Positions 1 through 10,900 of a stretch of 64,000 bases of DNA are shown here, piece by piece (the stretch's first letter is position 1; each line of letters starts with the position of its first letter). The notes under the pieces are model-generated. The model was not told where the DNA came from and ran no database searches. It saw only the letters and a list, made by a program, of their open reading frames with translations. This DNA comes from Candidatus Latescibacterota bacterium (GTDB lineage: Bacteria; Latescibacterota; UBA2968; UBA8231), in NCBI GenBank assembly GCA_965200315.1, contig OZ241362.1, positions 3,872,001 through 3,936,000 on the forward strand, written 5' to 3'. Made by a program: the position numbers and the translations under genes.

Positions 1-978
1 CTCGGCCATGCCGCTGGGCGCGAGAAAAAGCAAATTGGCCACCGGCAGCAGGCACGCGCCAAAGAACGCGATGGCAAAGGTGAGAAAACGCGAGCGCCCC
101 ACCCAAGGCAGCGCGACCAACGCGGCCATACATACCAAGCCAGCGATAAACCACCAATCCCAAGGCGACATCACTGGGAGAATCGACGCATAGGAGTAAT
201 CAGCCGACAAATGCAGCGGCGCGGCGATCAGCAGCAAATAGCGCGGCAGAATGGCCACTGCCGTGCCGAGCCGCTGCCACAGACCAAGGTCGGCCAAAAA
301 ATTGGTAGAGACCGGCCCGGCCGGGGCGTCGGCCAATGCCAGCCAACGCAACGCCAAGACGCCGAGCAGAGCCAAAGCATACCCCCAGTGTCGTTTACAC
401 CAAGCCACTACCCCTTCCCGTGAGTCGGCCAAGAACAGCGCGACCGGCAAAACCATCGCCGTCTCCTTCGCCAAGCACGCCCCTGCGTACAGCAAATAGG
501 CTAGTACGCGCCGCCGCCGATGCGCTAGCAACGCACTCAGCGACAATAGGCTAGCCAGCAAGTCGCCCCGCGCCGAGACCCAAGCCACCACTTCGGTCTG
601 GAGGGGATGACTCGCGTACAACAAAGCAGCCCACAGCGCAGCGCGATCTTCGCCGAGCAGGTCTCGGGCCAAGGCGTACAGGAGCAGGCTATTGACCGCG
701 TGCAACAGGACGTTGGTCAAATGATAGCCCCACGGGGCTTCTCCGAAGAGCTGGAAATCGAGGCCGAGCGAGAGCAAGGTGAGCGGCCGGTATAGCTCCA
801 ACCCCATCCAATTGGAACAAAAGATGTCGCTGATCGCCAACTTCCGCACTGCGTCGCTAGCGAGGTACGCGGAGTCGTCGAACACAAAGCCGTTGCCCAA
901 GGTGTTGGCGTAACACGCCAAGGCCAACGCTGCTATACAAATGGTGTGTGAAGCTGAAAACCGGATGCTAAAGCGCAT
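1..978 (-). CDS. TMTC-like (GT-C) membrane glycosyltransferase, 5' part; runs off the window edge
   Basis: Absent from the ORF track. Manual translation from ATG 978: MRFSIRF...CYANTLGNGFVFDD...LYRPLTLLS...WGYHLTNVLLH...HPLQTEVVAWVSAR...LAKE...HLSADY...GMAE, motifs typical of TMTC/DUF1736 proteins. AAGGAA RBS upstream. Confidence 0.85.
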   Translation of the reverse strand, partial: MRFSIRFSASHTICIAALALACYANTLGNGFVFDDSAYLASDAVRKLAISDIFCSNWMGLELYRPLTLLSLGLDFQLFGEAPWGYHLTNVLLHAVNSLLLYALARDLLGEDRAALWAALLYASHPLQTEVVAWVSARGDLLASLLSLSALLAHRRRRVLAYLLYAGACLAKETAMVLPVALFLADSREGVVAWCKRHWGYALALLGVLALRWLALADAPAGPVSTNFLADLGLWQRLGTAVAILPRYLLLIAAPLHLSADYSYASILPVMSPWDWWFIAGLVCMAALVALPWVGRSRFLTFAIAFFGACLLPVANLLFLAPSGMAE

Positions 979-1026
979 GACGGCATTTCCTTAAACAAAT
1001 GTTTCTTTGTATAATGCAAAGTAATT

Positions 1027-2691
1027 ATGAACATTCTAAGCAGAAATTTTTTGCGGCGCAGATGCGCCTCGGCGTGGGCGGTGCTGGCCCTGTCGGTCGC
1101 GTGCAGCCAGCAAAACGAGCCGCCAGTAGCCCTAGTCGGCGATGTGCCCATCACGGGCGCTGAGTTGCGCCAATTTGCATTAAACGTGCTGCCGGGGCTG
1201 CGTCCGGCCCAACAGGGACCAGCCGCGCGGCAGGACTATTTGCAAACCTTGATTGACCGTCAGCTCATGCTGCGTCAAGCGCACGAAATGGGGCTAGACC
1301 GCGAACCAGCCGTGTGGGTCGAGCAGCTACTTCAGCGGCGCACCTATCTGGCGAACCTGTACCGCAAGCGCGACCTGCATCCCCAAGCGCAAGTTACAGA
1401 CGCGGACATTGACCGCTTTTTCGCCGAACACGATCTCGGGCGCGAGCGTCTCCTGACGGCCATTCTGGTCCAGACCAAGGCCGAAGCACAAGCGATCCAG
1501 CGTCAACTCGCAGCCGGTGCTTCCTTTGAAGAACTGTCTGCCCAGCACACGCTCGACCCGCGTGCGGCCGCTCAGCGCGGTCGGATCGGTTTTATCAATC
1601 GCTCCATGGCCAGCCACCTTGGGGTGCCAGAAGTCGTATTCGATCACCAACCGACCGGCGTCGTATCCGAGCCGTTGCCCTTGGGCCGGCGATTTCACTT
1701 GGTGCGCTTTATAGAGGATCGCCAAGTAGAGGTCGATAGCCAGCGAGACTTGCTCGCCCGCGAGCTAGCCAAAGCCAAGAGGCGGGAGGTGGAAAAAAAG
1801 CAGGTCGAGCTCCTCGCCTATGAATTGGGCTGGCATTTGACCCCACAGGGCCTAGCCGCCCTGCCATCGCGCGCCAATGCACCCCTGTTCTCATACGCCA
1901 GAGGACAAGTCTCCACCGAAGAATATCTAGAAGTTATTAAGAGGCATCGGGTAACGCGCCCAGAGGCGCTGCAAGACAGCGCGACCATTGCGGCCTTTGC
2001 GCGCCGCACCATCCTGCCAGAGCTCGTTTTAGCCGACGCGGCCGAAAAGGCGGGCTATCACCAAGAGTTAGAGGCCGCAGCACATTTAGCCCAAGCCGCC
2101 GAAGAGTTGCTGCTCAAAGCCGCGTATCAACGCCAAGTAAGCGACTCTGTCACTGTAGCCACAGCCGATGTAGAGCGCTATATCACAGCGCATCCCGAGC
2201 AATTCACCATCCCGGAGTCCATCTGTTTTGACGAGTTGATCGCGCCCAGCCTACAAGAGGCCCGCCAGCTCAAAGACACCTTGACCGGCCAAGAGGATTT
2301 GGCCGCCCTAGCCAAGGCTCGCGGCTTCCCGCTGCGGCCGCGCCGCGCCGATGGCCTCGTCTGCATGCACCGCTACAACAGCGTCCCGTACCCCCAACTC
2401 TGGCCTGCCTTGCAACAGGCCGAGATCGGCGTCCTAAACGGCCCAGTGCGAACTCGCGAGGGATTTGCCTTATTCGTGGTGATCCGCATTGAGCCCGCTC
2501 ACCCAGAGTCGCCACAGCAGTCCGAGCAACGGGCGCGGGCGGCCCTCGTGCAGCAAGCTGAACAAGTGCGCTTTGACCAATGGATTGCGTTGCTGCGAAA
2601 AAAATACCGCGACGAAATCGACATATCCGCCGAGCAACTCGCCGTTGCCCTGCCCGATTCGCTGTTGGCTAGCCTAATACAGCGCGAGTAA
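1027..2691 (+). CDS. Peptidyl-prolyl cis-trans isomerase (SurA/PrsA-like, two parvulin-type domains), probable lipoprotein
   Basis: Lipobox-like LSVAC; SurA-N-like segment (LQTLIDRQLM); parvulin motif GASFEELSAQHT..GRIGF and a second degenerate copy. Confidence 0.8.
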   Translation: MNILSRNFLRRRCASAWAVLALSVACSQQNEPPVALVGDVPITGAELRQFALNVLPGLRPAQQGPAARQDYLQTLIDRQLMLRQAHEMGLDREPAVWVEQLLQRRTYLANLYRKRDLHPQAQVTDADIDRFFAEHDLGRERLLTAILVQTKAEAQAIQRQLAAGASFEELSAQHTLDPRAAAQRGRIGFINRSMASHLGVPEVVFDHQPTGVVSEPLPLGRRFHLVRFIEDRQVEVDSQRDLLARELAKAKRREVEKKQVELLAYELGWHLTPQGLAALPSRANAPLFSYARGQVSTEEYLEVIKRHRVTRPEALQDSATIAAFARRTILPELVLADAAEKAGYHQELEAAAHLAQAAEELLLKAAYQRQVSDSVTVATADVERYITAHPEQFTIPESICFDELIAPSLQEARQLKDTLTGQEDLAALAKARGFPLRPRRADGLVCMHRYNSVPYPQLWPALQQAEIGVLNGPVRTREGFALFVVIRIEPAHPESPQQSEQRARAALVQQAEQVRFDQWIALLRKKYRDEIDISAEQLAVALPDSLLASLIQRE

Positions 2692-2710
2692 AACCTTGGA
2701 GCAAATTCAA

Positions 2711-5700
2711 ATGACCATCCAACGCATACCCCTAAGCTGGGGCCTGCCGTTGCTCCTTTTCTTGAGCCATGCGGGAGCACAAGAGGGGTTTGAGCTAACC
2801 GCCGATGGCGTGACCATAAATCGCGCCGCGCAATGGGAACACTGGACGCAGCCCAAACACGCCGTACACATCGACCTCCAAACCCACGCCCTCACTCCGC
2901 GCCGCATCGACCAAGCGACCAATGCCATCCTAGACATCGAGCACTTCCAGACCCTGATCGGCGACCAGAAGGCATACGACAAGATAGTCAAGGAATTAAA
3001 CCGCGCCGACCGCCCCGTACCACTCAACATCCGCACGGCGCCAGCCACGGTGGCCGGAGTGCCGATCGTCTATCTAAAGGCCAACACAAAAAAGAACATT
3101 GAGGTCGGCGATCCGATCATCTGGTACTACTATCACGGTGGCATCCGCCACGCTGGCACCAGCGTCGAAACCGCCGCCGCCATTCTCGACGCTGATCCCA
3201 CGACCTATTGGGAACCCAGCACCTTGGTCTCCCGCGCCGAGTACGACGATCTCGCGCCGGCCGCTAAAGGGCCTATCTACTATGTTGTCAAAGGCGACGA
3301 TGGCCTAGAGCAGCGGGTAGATGAGGCCACCTATGACGCCGCCCCGGGCGATCGCCGCGTCGAATACCACAACCACTCGCTCGAAAATTGGACTGTTGAT
3401 ATCGACCTCGGCCGGCTGGTCCCCGTCGCCAAGGTGGTGCTGCGCTTCCTAGATCCCAGCGAAGGCGAGCCTTTCCGCCAAGTGCGCTTGCTCGGAACGC
3501 CTTCGGATGCGCGGAATGCGGCTTTGTCGCTCATAGACCGCACTATTGCTCCCGTCGAAAACGAAACCGCGGTGGAGTTCAACCTCGACCCGGACGACGC
3601 GGGTATTTACCAGCAACTCCACATCCTCCGCATCGCAGTCACAGACAGCAAGCTAGACAAGTTCGCGGTCGTGCCGGAAGCCGAGTTTGCGGCCCTGCCG
3701 CTCAACGAACAGGGCGGCATTGACTACTACATAGTCAACGCGGCCGGGACCGAGACCAAGGTCGCCCGCAGCATATACGAGGACGTCGCTCCCGAGCGCC
3801 GCGGTCGCCTCGTTCACTACCGCCGCGAGCGGCCCCGCCTAGCGGCTGTAGAAGTGTGGAGCCAAGGCGACAACATCGCCCTCGACATTATCAATGGCGG
3901 CGGTAGCGTCGAGCTGACCGGCACCTTCGGCGGCCTGCCCGGGTTCGACGGCCGCTACGAGAGTAACTTCCTCCAATTCGTCTGGTCGCCCGACCCTCGC
4001 TTTGAAGACCGCGGTATTATGATCCTCGACCTTGGGGCGCGCTTCTGGCTCAATTACTTCCGCATGGTCGGCAGCATCAGCGGAGTCGATGAAATGGTCG
4101 TCCGCATCTCCGACGGCACCCGGGATTCCAACGGCAGCCTAAAGTGGAGCGAGATGCACCGCCAAAACGGCGGCACCGTGGAGAGCGAGTTTGAACAGCT
4201 AGAGCAAGTGCGCTATCTCACCAGCCAGATATACACCAGCCAAGCGGGTCGCGCTGGCGGATACAACGCCGGCGACCGCATCCGCGAGGTGCAGCTATTC
4301 GGCGCGGGCTATCCCTCTGAGGTCACGCTCACCTCGCCGATGATTGAGCTGCCCGGCTCAATCATTCTCGGCCGCATTGAGTGGGAGGCCGATCTGCCGG
4401 ATTCAGCCCTAGTCGATGTACAAATCCGAACGCGCACCGGCGACCGCCTCGTGGAAACCGTCGAGTACTTCGGCAACGGCGGCGATCCCAAAACTGAAAC
4501 CGACTACAACAACCTGCCGACTAGTTTTAAGGGGCCGGTCGTGAATCGACTACAGCCCGGCGGCGGCTGGAGCAGTTGGAGCCAGCGCTATACGCGCCCG
4601 GGCCAGCTTGTGACCTCCCCCAGCCCGCGCCGCTTCTTGCAACTCCAAGCGCGGCTGCTCTCCACCTCGCCCGAGGTGGCGGCGAGCCTGCGCTCCATTG
4701 CCGTGGAATTCCTGCCTCCAATAGCCCAGCGGACTGTCGCCGAAATTTGGCCCAATACAGTCGAGCCGCGGGCAATGGGCGAGTTCGCGCTTTACCTCAA
4801 ACCCACCTTTGTGGAGCACCAGCCCGAAGGACCGCCCAGCCGGCGCTTTGACGAGATTTGGCTGGACGCCGCGCCGATAGAGACGCTTTCCATCGTCGAC
4901 GTAGCACTCGGCCGGGAGGAGGATTTTGCTCGAGGCCAACCCCGCCATCTCTTTTCCGCCTCTGACGCAGACGTGCTGATCAATGCGGCCACGGGCGATT
5001 CCCTGAAGGTCTTCCCGGCGGACACCGGCTCCGGCCTGCGGTTGCTCCTCCCCGAAAAGGTGGCCTTGCAGGCCGCCGGCGACGACACCCGCACCTATTA
5101 TCGGGTCGTAACAGAGGAGGGCGAGCAGGTGCCCGTAGATGGCGATGGCCGCATACTCAACGAGCTAACCTATCTCGGTCTGCCGCCCGAGGCGCAGGGC
5201 GACCTCCTCTACTTCGCCCTGCGCGGCCACGACGCGGATGGCAACCCCATTACCGAAACCGTAGAGGAGTTCGCATACCGGAGCTTGGCCGATTCGCTCC
5301 AAGGCGAGATTCGCTACTTTCGTCGGTTGATAGGTAAAGGCGGGGAATTCCCTTTTGACCAACAGGGGAACCCATTGACCCAAGCCGCGTACAACGCCCT
5401 GCCCCGGAGCCAGCGGGGCTCCATCGCCGCAGCCGGCGAACTGGTAAGGGTGCGCTTTCACGCCTCGGTGCTGCTCAACGGCACCACAATAGATGCCGCA
5501 ATCCGCGATTCGGCTTTTCCCGCTATCTACCAGCAAGTCGATCCAGGCGACGCCACGCCCCTGACACCCGGCACCGCCCTGAGCATCTCCGTGCCCTTGT
5601 CCAACCGCGTCGTACAGGGCGTCGCCATTGTGCCGAATCCTTTTACCCCAAATGGAGACGGCACCAACGATCAAGCCCACATACGCTTTGCACTCGGCAA

Positions 5701-5929
5701 TCTCAATGCCGAGCGCACCATCGAGGTGCGCATCTTCGACTTGGCTGGACATCCCGTGTGGAGCGGGCATCGGCAGAGCTTTGGTGAGCAGGTATTCACT
5801 TGGGACGGACGTGGCAACGACGGGCAACTCGTGCCGCCGGGGACGTATCTCTGCAAGATAGACGCCGACGTAGATGCAGCTTCTGCGTCCCATACGAGTG
5901 AGACGCATTTGATCGGGGTGGCGTACTGA
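2711..5929 (+). CDS. Large secreted protein with C-terminal FlgD-Ig/CTD-like domain
   Basis: Signal peptide; discoidin-like DIDLGR motifs; C-terminus PNPFTPNGDGTND...IFDLAG...WDGRGNDGQLVPPGTY...VAY. Start could be TTG 2696. Confidence 0.8.
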   Translation: MTIQRIPLSWGLPLLLFLSHAGAQEGFELTADGVTINRAAQWEHWTQPKHAVHIDLQTHALTPRRIDQATNAILDIEHFQTLIGDQKAYDKIVKELNRADRPVPLNIRTAPATVAGVPIVYLKANTKKNIEVGDPIIWYYYHGGIRHAGTSVETAAAILDADPTTYWEPSTLVSRAEYDDLAPAAKGPIYYVVKGDDGLEQRVDEATYDAAPGDRRVEYHNHSLENWTVDIDLGRLVPVAKVVLRFLDPSEGEPFRQVRLLGTPSDARNAALSLIDRTIAPVENETAVEFNLDPDDAGIYQQLHILRIAVTDSKLDKFAVVPEAEFAALPLNEQGGIDYYIVNAAGTETKVARSIYEDVAPERRGRLVHYRRERPRLAAVEVWSQGDNIALDIINGGGSVELTGTFGGLPGFDGRYESNFLQFVWSPDPRFEDRGIMILDLGARFWLNYFRMVGSISGVDEMVVRISDGTRDSNGSLKWSEMHRQNGGTVESEFEQLEQVRYLTSQIYTSQAGRAGGYNAGDRIREVQLFGAGYPSEVTLTSPMIELPGSIILGRIEWEADLPDSALVDVQIRTRTGDRLVETVEYFGNGGDPKTETDYNNLPTSFKGPVVNRLQPGGGWSSWSQRYTRPGQLVTSPSPRRFLQLQARLLSTSPEVAASLRSIAVEFLPPIAQRTVAEIWPNTVEPRAMGEFALYLKPTFVEHQPEGPPSRRFDEIWLDAAPIETLSIVDVALGREEDFARGQPRHLFSASDADVLINAATGDSLKVFPADTGSGLRLLLPEKVALQAAGDDTRTYYRVVTEEGEQVPVDGDGRILNELTYLGLPPEAQGDLLYFALRGHDADGNPITETVEEFAYRSLADSLQGEIRYFRRLIGKGGEFPFDQQGNPLTQAAYNALPRSQRGSIAAAGELVRVRFHASVLLNGTTIDAAIRDSAFPAIYQQVDPGDATPLTPGTALSISVPLSNRVVQGVAIVPNPFTPNGDGTNDQAHIRFALGNLNAERTIEVRIFDLAGHPVWSGHRQSFGEQVFTWDGRGNDGQLVPPGTYLCKIDADVDAASASHTSETHLIGVAY

Positions 5930-5993
5930 TAGCACCACTCCCATTCATTATAGATGTCTTCATGAAGCCATCCCCCGACCTTCACCCCATCCC

Positions 5994-7946
5994 TTGAGCG
6001 CGATTTCACCAACGGCACAGCGGCCCGGCCTCCGTGCCCTCCTCGTCGGCGCAGCCGGTGCTGGGGCTATTGGTGCCGGCGTTCCGTATTGCAACATGGT
6101 GCTCCACGGCTCCCGGATCGCCTCGTACTTCAATACGCCGGCCGCCATTATCCTCTTCTTCCTGCTCGTCTTTGTCGTCAACACCCTGTTGGGCTTGGCT
6201 CGCCGCTCGTGGATGTTCAATCGAGCCGAACTGGCCCTGATCTACATCATGTGGATCGTCGCCACTGCCATCCCCGAATGGGGTCTGACCGCCTTCTTGC
6301 TACCCGATATCACCAGCCTGATCTACTATGCCACCCCCGAGAACAACTGGAACGAACTAGTCCTGCCTTATGTGCCGGACTGGATAATTCCGCACCACGA
6401 TTTCACCCGCATCCAACACTTCTACGAAGGGGCTCCCCAAGGCCAAGCTATACCTTGGAATTTGTGGCTCCGGCCGCTGGCCTACTGGTTGCCCTTTATT
6501 TTGGCGCTCTATCTGGCCATGATCACCTCCATGGTCATTCTGCGCCGTCAATGGGTTGAGCGCGAGCGCCTGATTTTCCCTTTGGTGCAGGTGCCGCTGT
6601 CCATGCTCCAAGGGGATGAAGACAGCCGCTCGCTGCTCAAGCCCTTCTTCCGCAATCCACTCATGTGGGTCGGCTTTGCCCTGCCGGCCATCCTGCAAAG
6701 CCTCAACGGTCTCAACCACTATTTCCCCTTTGTACCCACAATCAGTCTCGACGCCTCGGTATCCCTTTTCCGCGACACCATCCACATTCCGTTGCGCATT
6801 AGTTTCCAAATGATCGGATTCTCCTATTTCGTCAACCCCGATATCGCCTTTGGCCTGTGTTTCTTCTATCTGCTCAATACCGTGCAGCAGGGCCTTTTCA
6901 ACGTCTTGGGCTTCCAGACCATAGACCCTGTCCTCGGCGTGTACAGCGCCTATACCGGCTCCATTGTCGTGCATCAAGGCTTTGGTGCCATTCTAGTGCT
7001 GGTGCTCTTTGGTCTGTGGACTGCCCGGGGGCACTTGAAGGCCGTCGTCGGCAAAGCCTTGGGCCTCAACCCCAAAGTCGACGACGGAGATGAGATTCTC
7101 TCCTACCGGACCGCCTTCTTCCTGTTGTTGGGCAGCCTTGCATTCATGGGCGTCTGGCTGTGGAAATCGGGGCTACCGGCCTGGATCACGCCGATCTACC
7201 TGCTCTTGGTTTTCTTACTATTCATCGGCATCACCCGGGTGGTCGCCGAAGGGGGGCTCGCCTTTATCTTCGCGCCCATGATCGCCTCGGATTTCGTCGC
7301 GGCCGGTTTTGGCACCCGCGCCTTAGGCCCCACTGGCACCGTCGCCTTGGCCTTCACCTATGTCTGGGCCTCGGACATTCTCACCTTTGTCATGGCCTCT
7401 TGCGCCAACGGCCTCAGGCTGGTCGAAGAGACCATCTCCAAAGGCCGTCGGCTGGTCTTTTGGGCCATGCTAGTGGCTATTGTCGCGACCCTGGGGGCGT
7501 CGATCTGGGCTATCATCGACTTGGCCTACCGCTACGGCGGCATCAATACCGACCAGTTCTTTTTTGGCGGAGCCGCCCGCTATCCCTTTGACAATGCGGC
7601 CGCCCGCATTGCCGCTCCCACGGGTCCCAATTGGGCCAACTGGGGCTACACGGGAATTGGTGCCGGGTTTATGGGGTTACTCATGCTGGCGCGGCAGCGA
7701 TTTTTATGGTGGCCTTTCCATCCCTTGGGCTTTCCCATCAGCGCTGTTTTCGGCACCATGTTCTTCAGCGTCTTTTTGGCTTGGTTGCTCAAGACCGTAG
7801 TGATGAAATACGGCGGGCCCCGGCTCTATCTAAAGACCAAGCCCTTCTTTCTCGGTCTGATCCTCGGCCAATTCGTCACCGCCGGCCTCTGGTACGCCAT
7901 CGACCACTTGGCCGGCGAGAGCGGCAACGCGGTTATGATTTGGTAG
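5994..7946 (+). CDS. DUF6785/DUF6784-type polytopic membrane protein (putative transporter)
   Basis: Many TM segments; motifs RRQWVERERLIFPL, RVVAEGG, WWPFHPLGF, KPFFLGLILG. Paralog at 51702-53663. Confidence 0.75.
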   Translation: MSAISPTAQRPGLRALLVGAAGAGAIGAGVPYCNMVLHGSRIASYFNTPAAIILFFLLVFVVNTLLGLARRSWMFNRAELALIYIMWIVATAIPEWGLTAFLLPDITSLIYYATPENNWNELVLPYVPDWIIPHHDFTRIQHFYEGAPQGQAIPWNLWLRPLAYWLPFILALYLAMITSMVILRRQWVERERLIFPLVQVPLSMLQGDEDSRSLLKPFFRNPLMWVGFALPAILQSLNGLNHYFPFVPTISLDASVSLFRDTIHIPLRISFQMIGFSYFVNPDIAFGLCFFYLLNTVQQGLFNVLGFQTIDPVLGVYSAYTGSIVVHQGFGAILVLVLFGLWTARGHLKAVVGKALGLNPKVDDGDEILSYRTAFFLLLGSLAFMGVWLWKSGLPAWITPIYLLLVFLLFIGITRVVAEGGLAFIFAPMIASDFVAAGFGTRALGPTGTVALAFTYVWASDILTFVMASCANGLRLVEETISKGRRLVFWAMLVAIVATLGASIWAIIDLAYRYGGINTDQFFFGGAARYPFDNAAARIAAPTGPNWANWGYTGIGAGFMGLLMLARQRFLWWPFHPLGFPISAVFGTMFFSVFLAWLLKTVVMKYGGPRLYLKTKPFFLGLILGQFVTAGLWYAIDHLAGESGNAVMIW

Positions 7947-7998
7947 GGCGGCACTGCTGGCGGCGGTTGCCGCCGTATTTTAATTTCAACTAACGCAG

Positions 7999-10900
7999 AT
8001 GACCACTCCACCCCTCCAATCCATACTCGCGCCGCTAACTGTCCTGCGCCGCCGCGCCCTCGCCTTCGCCCTCGGTTCTGGAGTAGCCCTGTGCCTAGCT
8101 GCCGGTCTGAGCCTCGGCTTGCTGTGGGTCCTGCTTGAAGCCCTGTTTTTTTTCTCGCCGCCTTGGCGCACGGGCCTCGGCCTTACTGCATTCGGAGGAA
8201 CTTGTGGGGTGCTGGCATTTGCTCTCAGGCGGCACTTGCCCGTTCTCCTCTCGCAGCACCGCTTCGCCCTCTTCGTCGAAAGGCGCTGTACCCCGCTCCA
8301 ACAGCAGCTAATTAGTGCCTTGGAGCTATCCGATGCAGACTCAGCTCAGCACTCGCCGGCGTTGCTTGCGGCTGCAAGCGAGCGGGCCGCCGCGCTCTTG
8401 CGCGCTACCAACCCTTCCCAAATCCTCGACCGTCGGCCGCTCTATGCCTACCTGCGCCTGCTTGGCGGCTCAGCAGCCGTCGCGCTCCTCTGCGGTGCGC
8501 TGTTGGGCGACGACCTCACCCAAGCGGTCTATCGCTGCGCCCATCCCCTCACCGCGTACGAGCGGCCGCCGCGTACCCTGATCACCGTCCAGCCCGGCGA
8601 CCTCGAAGTCATCAAGGGCGACGACGCCACCCTGCAAGTGCATTTTGCCGGCGACAAGCCGCGCCGCGCCCGCATCGTGCGCCGTGCGAGCGCAGAAGCA
8701 CCCTACCAGAGCGAAGAACTCGTAATCGATCGCGCCGACTCAGTCGCTTATACCTTCCCCCAAGTCCAGCGCTCCTTCCGCTACGCCATCGCGGCTGGCG
8801 ACGACCGCTCGCCCGAGTACGAGGTACTCGTCATCGACCCTCCGGCCGTCAAGCACTTGCGCTTGCACTACCAGTATCCGGCGTATAGCCAACTACCCGC
8901 CCGCATCGATTTGGAAGGCGGCGACATAGAGGGCTTGCCCGGCACCCACGTCGCCCTCGAAATCGCGGCCAACAAACCCCTGTCCAAGGCCACCTTGGTC
9001 CTCGACGACACCCTAGCGACCTCCGCCCAACTCGACGGAGCGAGTGCCCGCGTCGCCTTCCAAATCGAGCGCCCGGGCGCGTACCACATCGCCCTCGTCG
9101 ATCGCAAGGGCGCGACAAACCGCGACCCCATCCGCTACGCCATCCAAGTGCGCGAAGACCAAAAGCCAGTGGTCACCATCGTCGATCCCGGCCGCGACAG
9201 CGACCTGCCCGAATCCCTCAAGGTGCTGCTCAAGGCCGAGGCCAGCGATGACTTTTCCGTCGAGGAAATAGCCTTAGTCTATCGAGTCAACAGCGGCCCC
9301 GAACAGCACCGAGCTTTACCCATCAACCCTCAGCGCGAGGTGCTCGTCAGCCACATCTGGGACCTCTCGGCCACCAACCTTCAGCTGAGCTCAGGTCGAA
9401 GCCTCTTGCCCGAAGACCGCATCTACTACCACCTAGAGGCCCTCGACAACAATCAAGTAGCCGGTCCGCAAAAGGGTCAGAGCCGCCAGTACGTATTGCG
9501 CTTCCCCTCCCTGCACGAACTCTACTCAGAGGCCGACCAAGCCCAAGAGGAACAACTATCCTCCTTGGAAGAGCTAGCGGCCGAAGGACAGGCTCATCAG
9601 GAGTACATAGAACGGGTGCGCCGCGAGTTGCTCAAAAGCGAGGAGCTGAGTTGGGAGCAAAAAAAGGAACTCGAAGCGACGCTCGCGGCCGAAGCCGAGC
9701 GCGCCCGCGCCGTAGAGGAGTTGGCGGCTGAGTTGGAAAAATCCATCGATTCCATGCAGGCCGAGGACACGGGTGCCGAAGAGCTGCTCGACAAGCTCAA
9801 CCACATCCGCGAGCTCATGGGCGACATCGCCACCCCCGAAATGCAGCAGGCCCTCGCCGACCTGCAAAAAGCCGCCAGCAACCCAGACCCCCAAGCCCTC
9901 GCCGACGCCCTCAAGCGCTTTAACGAAGACCAGCAAGCCTTCCAGCAACGGCTCGACCGCACCATTGCCCTGCTTGAACAGGTGCGGACCGAGCAGCAGC
10001 TTCGCGCCATCGTCGAGCAAGCCGCAGAGCTAGCCCGACGCCAGAGCCAGATAAACCGCGAGCTTGCGGACGGCCAGAGCGGCCTGCGCCAGCAACTACA
10101 GGAAGGCAGTTTGCAGCGCGATACCGAGCGGCTCGCCGAGCAGCTCCAAGACCTGAGCGAATCCACAGCCGAGCAAAACCCCGCGCTCTCCGAACAGCTA
10201 GCCCACCGCGCCGAGGACATAGAGCGCAAGGCACTCGCCGAGCGGATGCGTCAGATGGTGAACCAGATTCGGGCCAAATCCCCAAGTGCGGCCCAGCAGA
10301 GCGGACAGGCCCTAGCCGCCGATCTCGACTCGCTAGCCGAGGGCTTGCAGCAACTGCAAGACGAATACCTCTCTGAAGAAAAAGACCAACTCAGCCGCGA
10401 ACTGCGCCGCGCCATGCGCGATCTCATCCAACTATCTCAACGCCAAGAGAGCCTATTCGCCGACACCCGAGCCCAAGACCAATTCGCGCTTATGCAAGGC
10501 ACCAGTCAGGTCGTGGAGCGCATCGCCACCGTGGGCCGGCGCACCCTAGCCCTCGCCCCCGATTTGAGCGCAACCGTCGGCTACGCCCTGCGCGATATGC
10601 AACACGCAGCCCAGCGCCTCGGCCAGCGCGACGTGCAAGGGGCGCACCATTTCCAGCGCAAGGCCATGCGCTATCTCAATGAGACCGTGCTCCTCTTGCG
10701 CGAGAGCCTCGACAACCTCGCCAAGGCGCAGACCCCTTCGGCCTTTGCCGAGGCCATGCAGCAGCTACTCGGCCTCTCCGAGCAGCAAAACCAACTAAAC
10801 CAAGCCTCCGAGCAGGTCATGGGCCAAACGCCAAGCCCTGCGCTCCAAGGGCAAATCGCGCGCCTCAGCTCCCAACAGCAGGGCCTCATGCAAACGCTCG

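Noticed and set aside
8-795. Short plus-strand ORFs at the window start
   Set aside because: Antisense shadows of the minus-strand TMTC-like gene.
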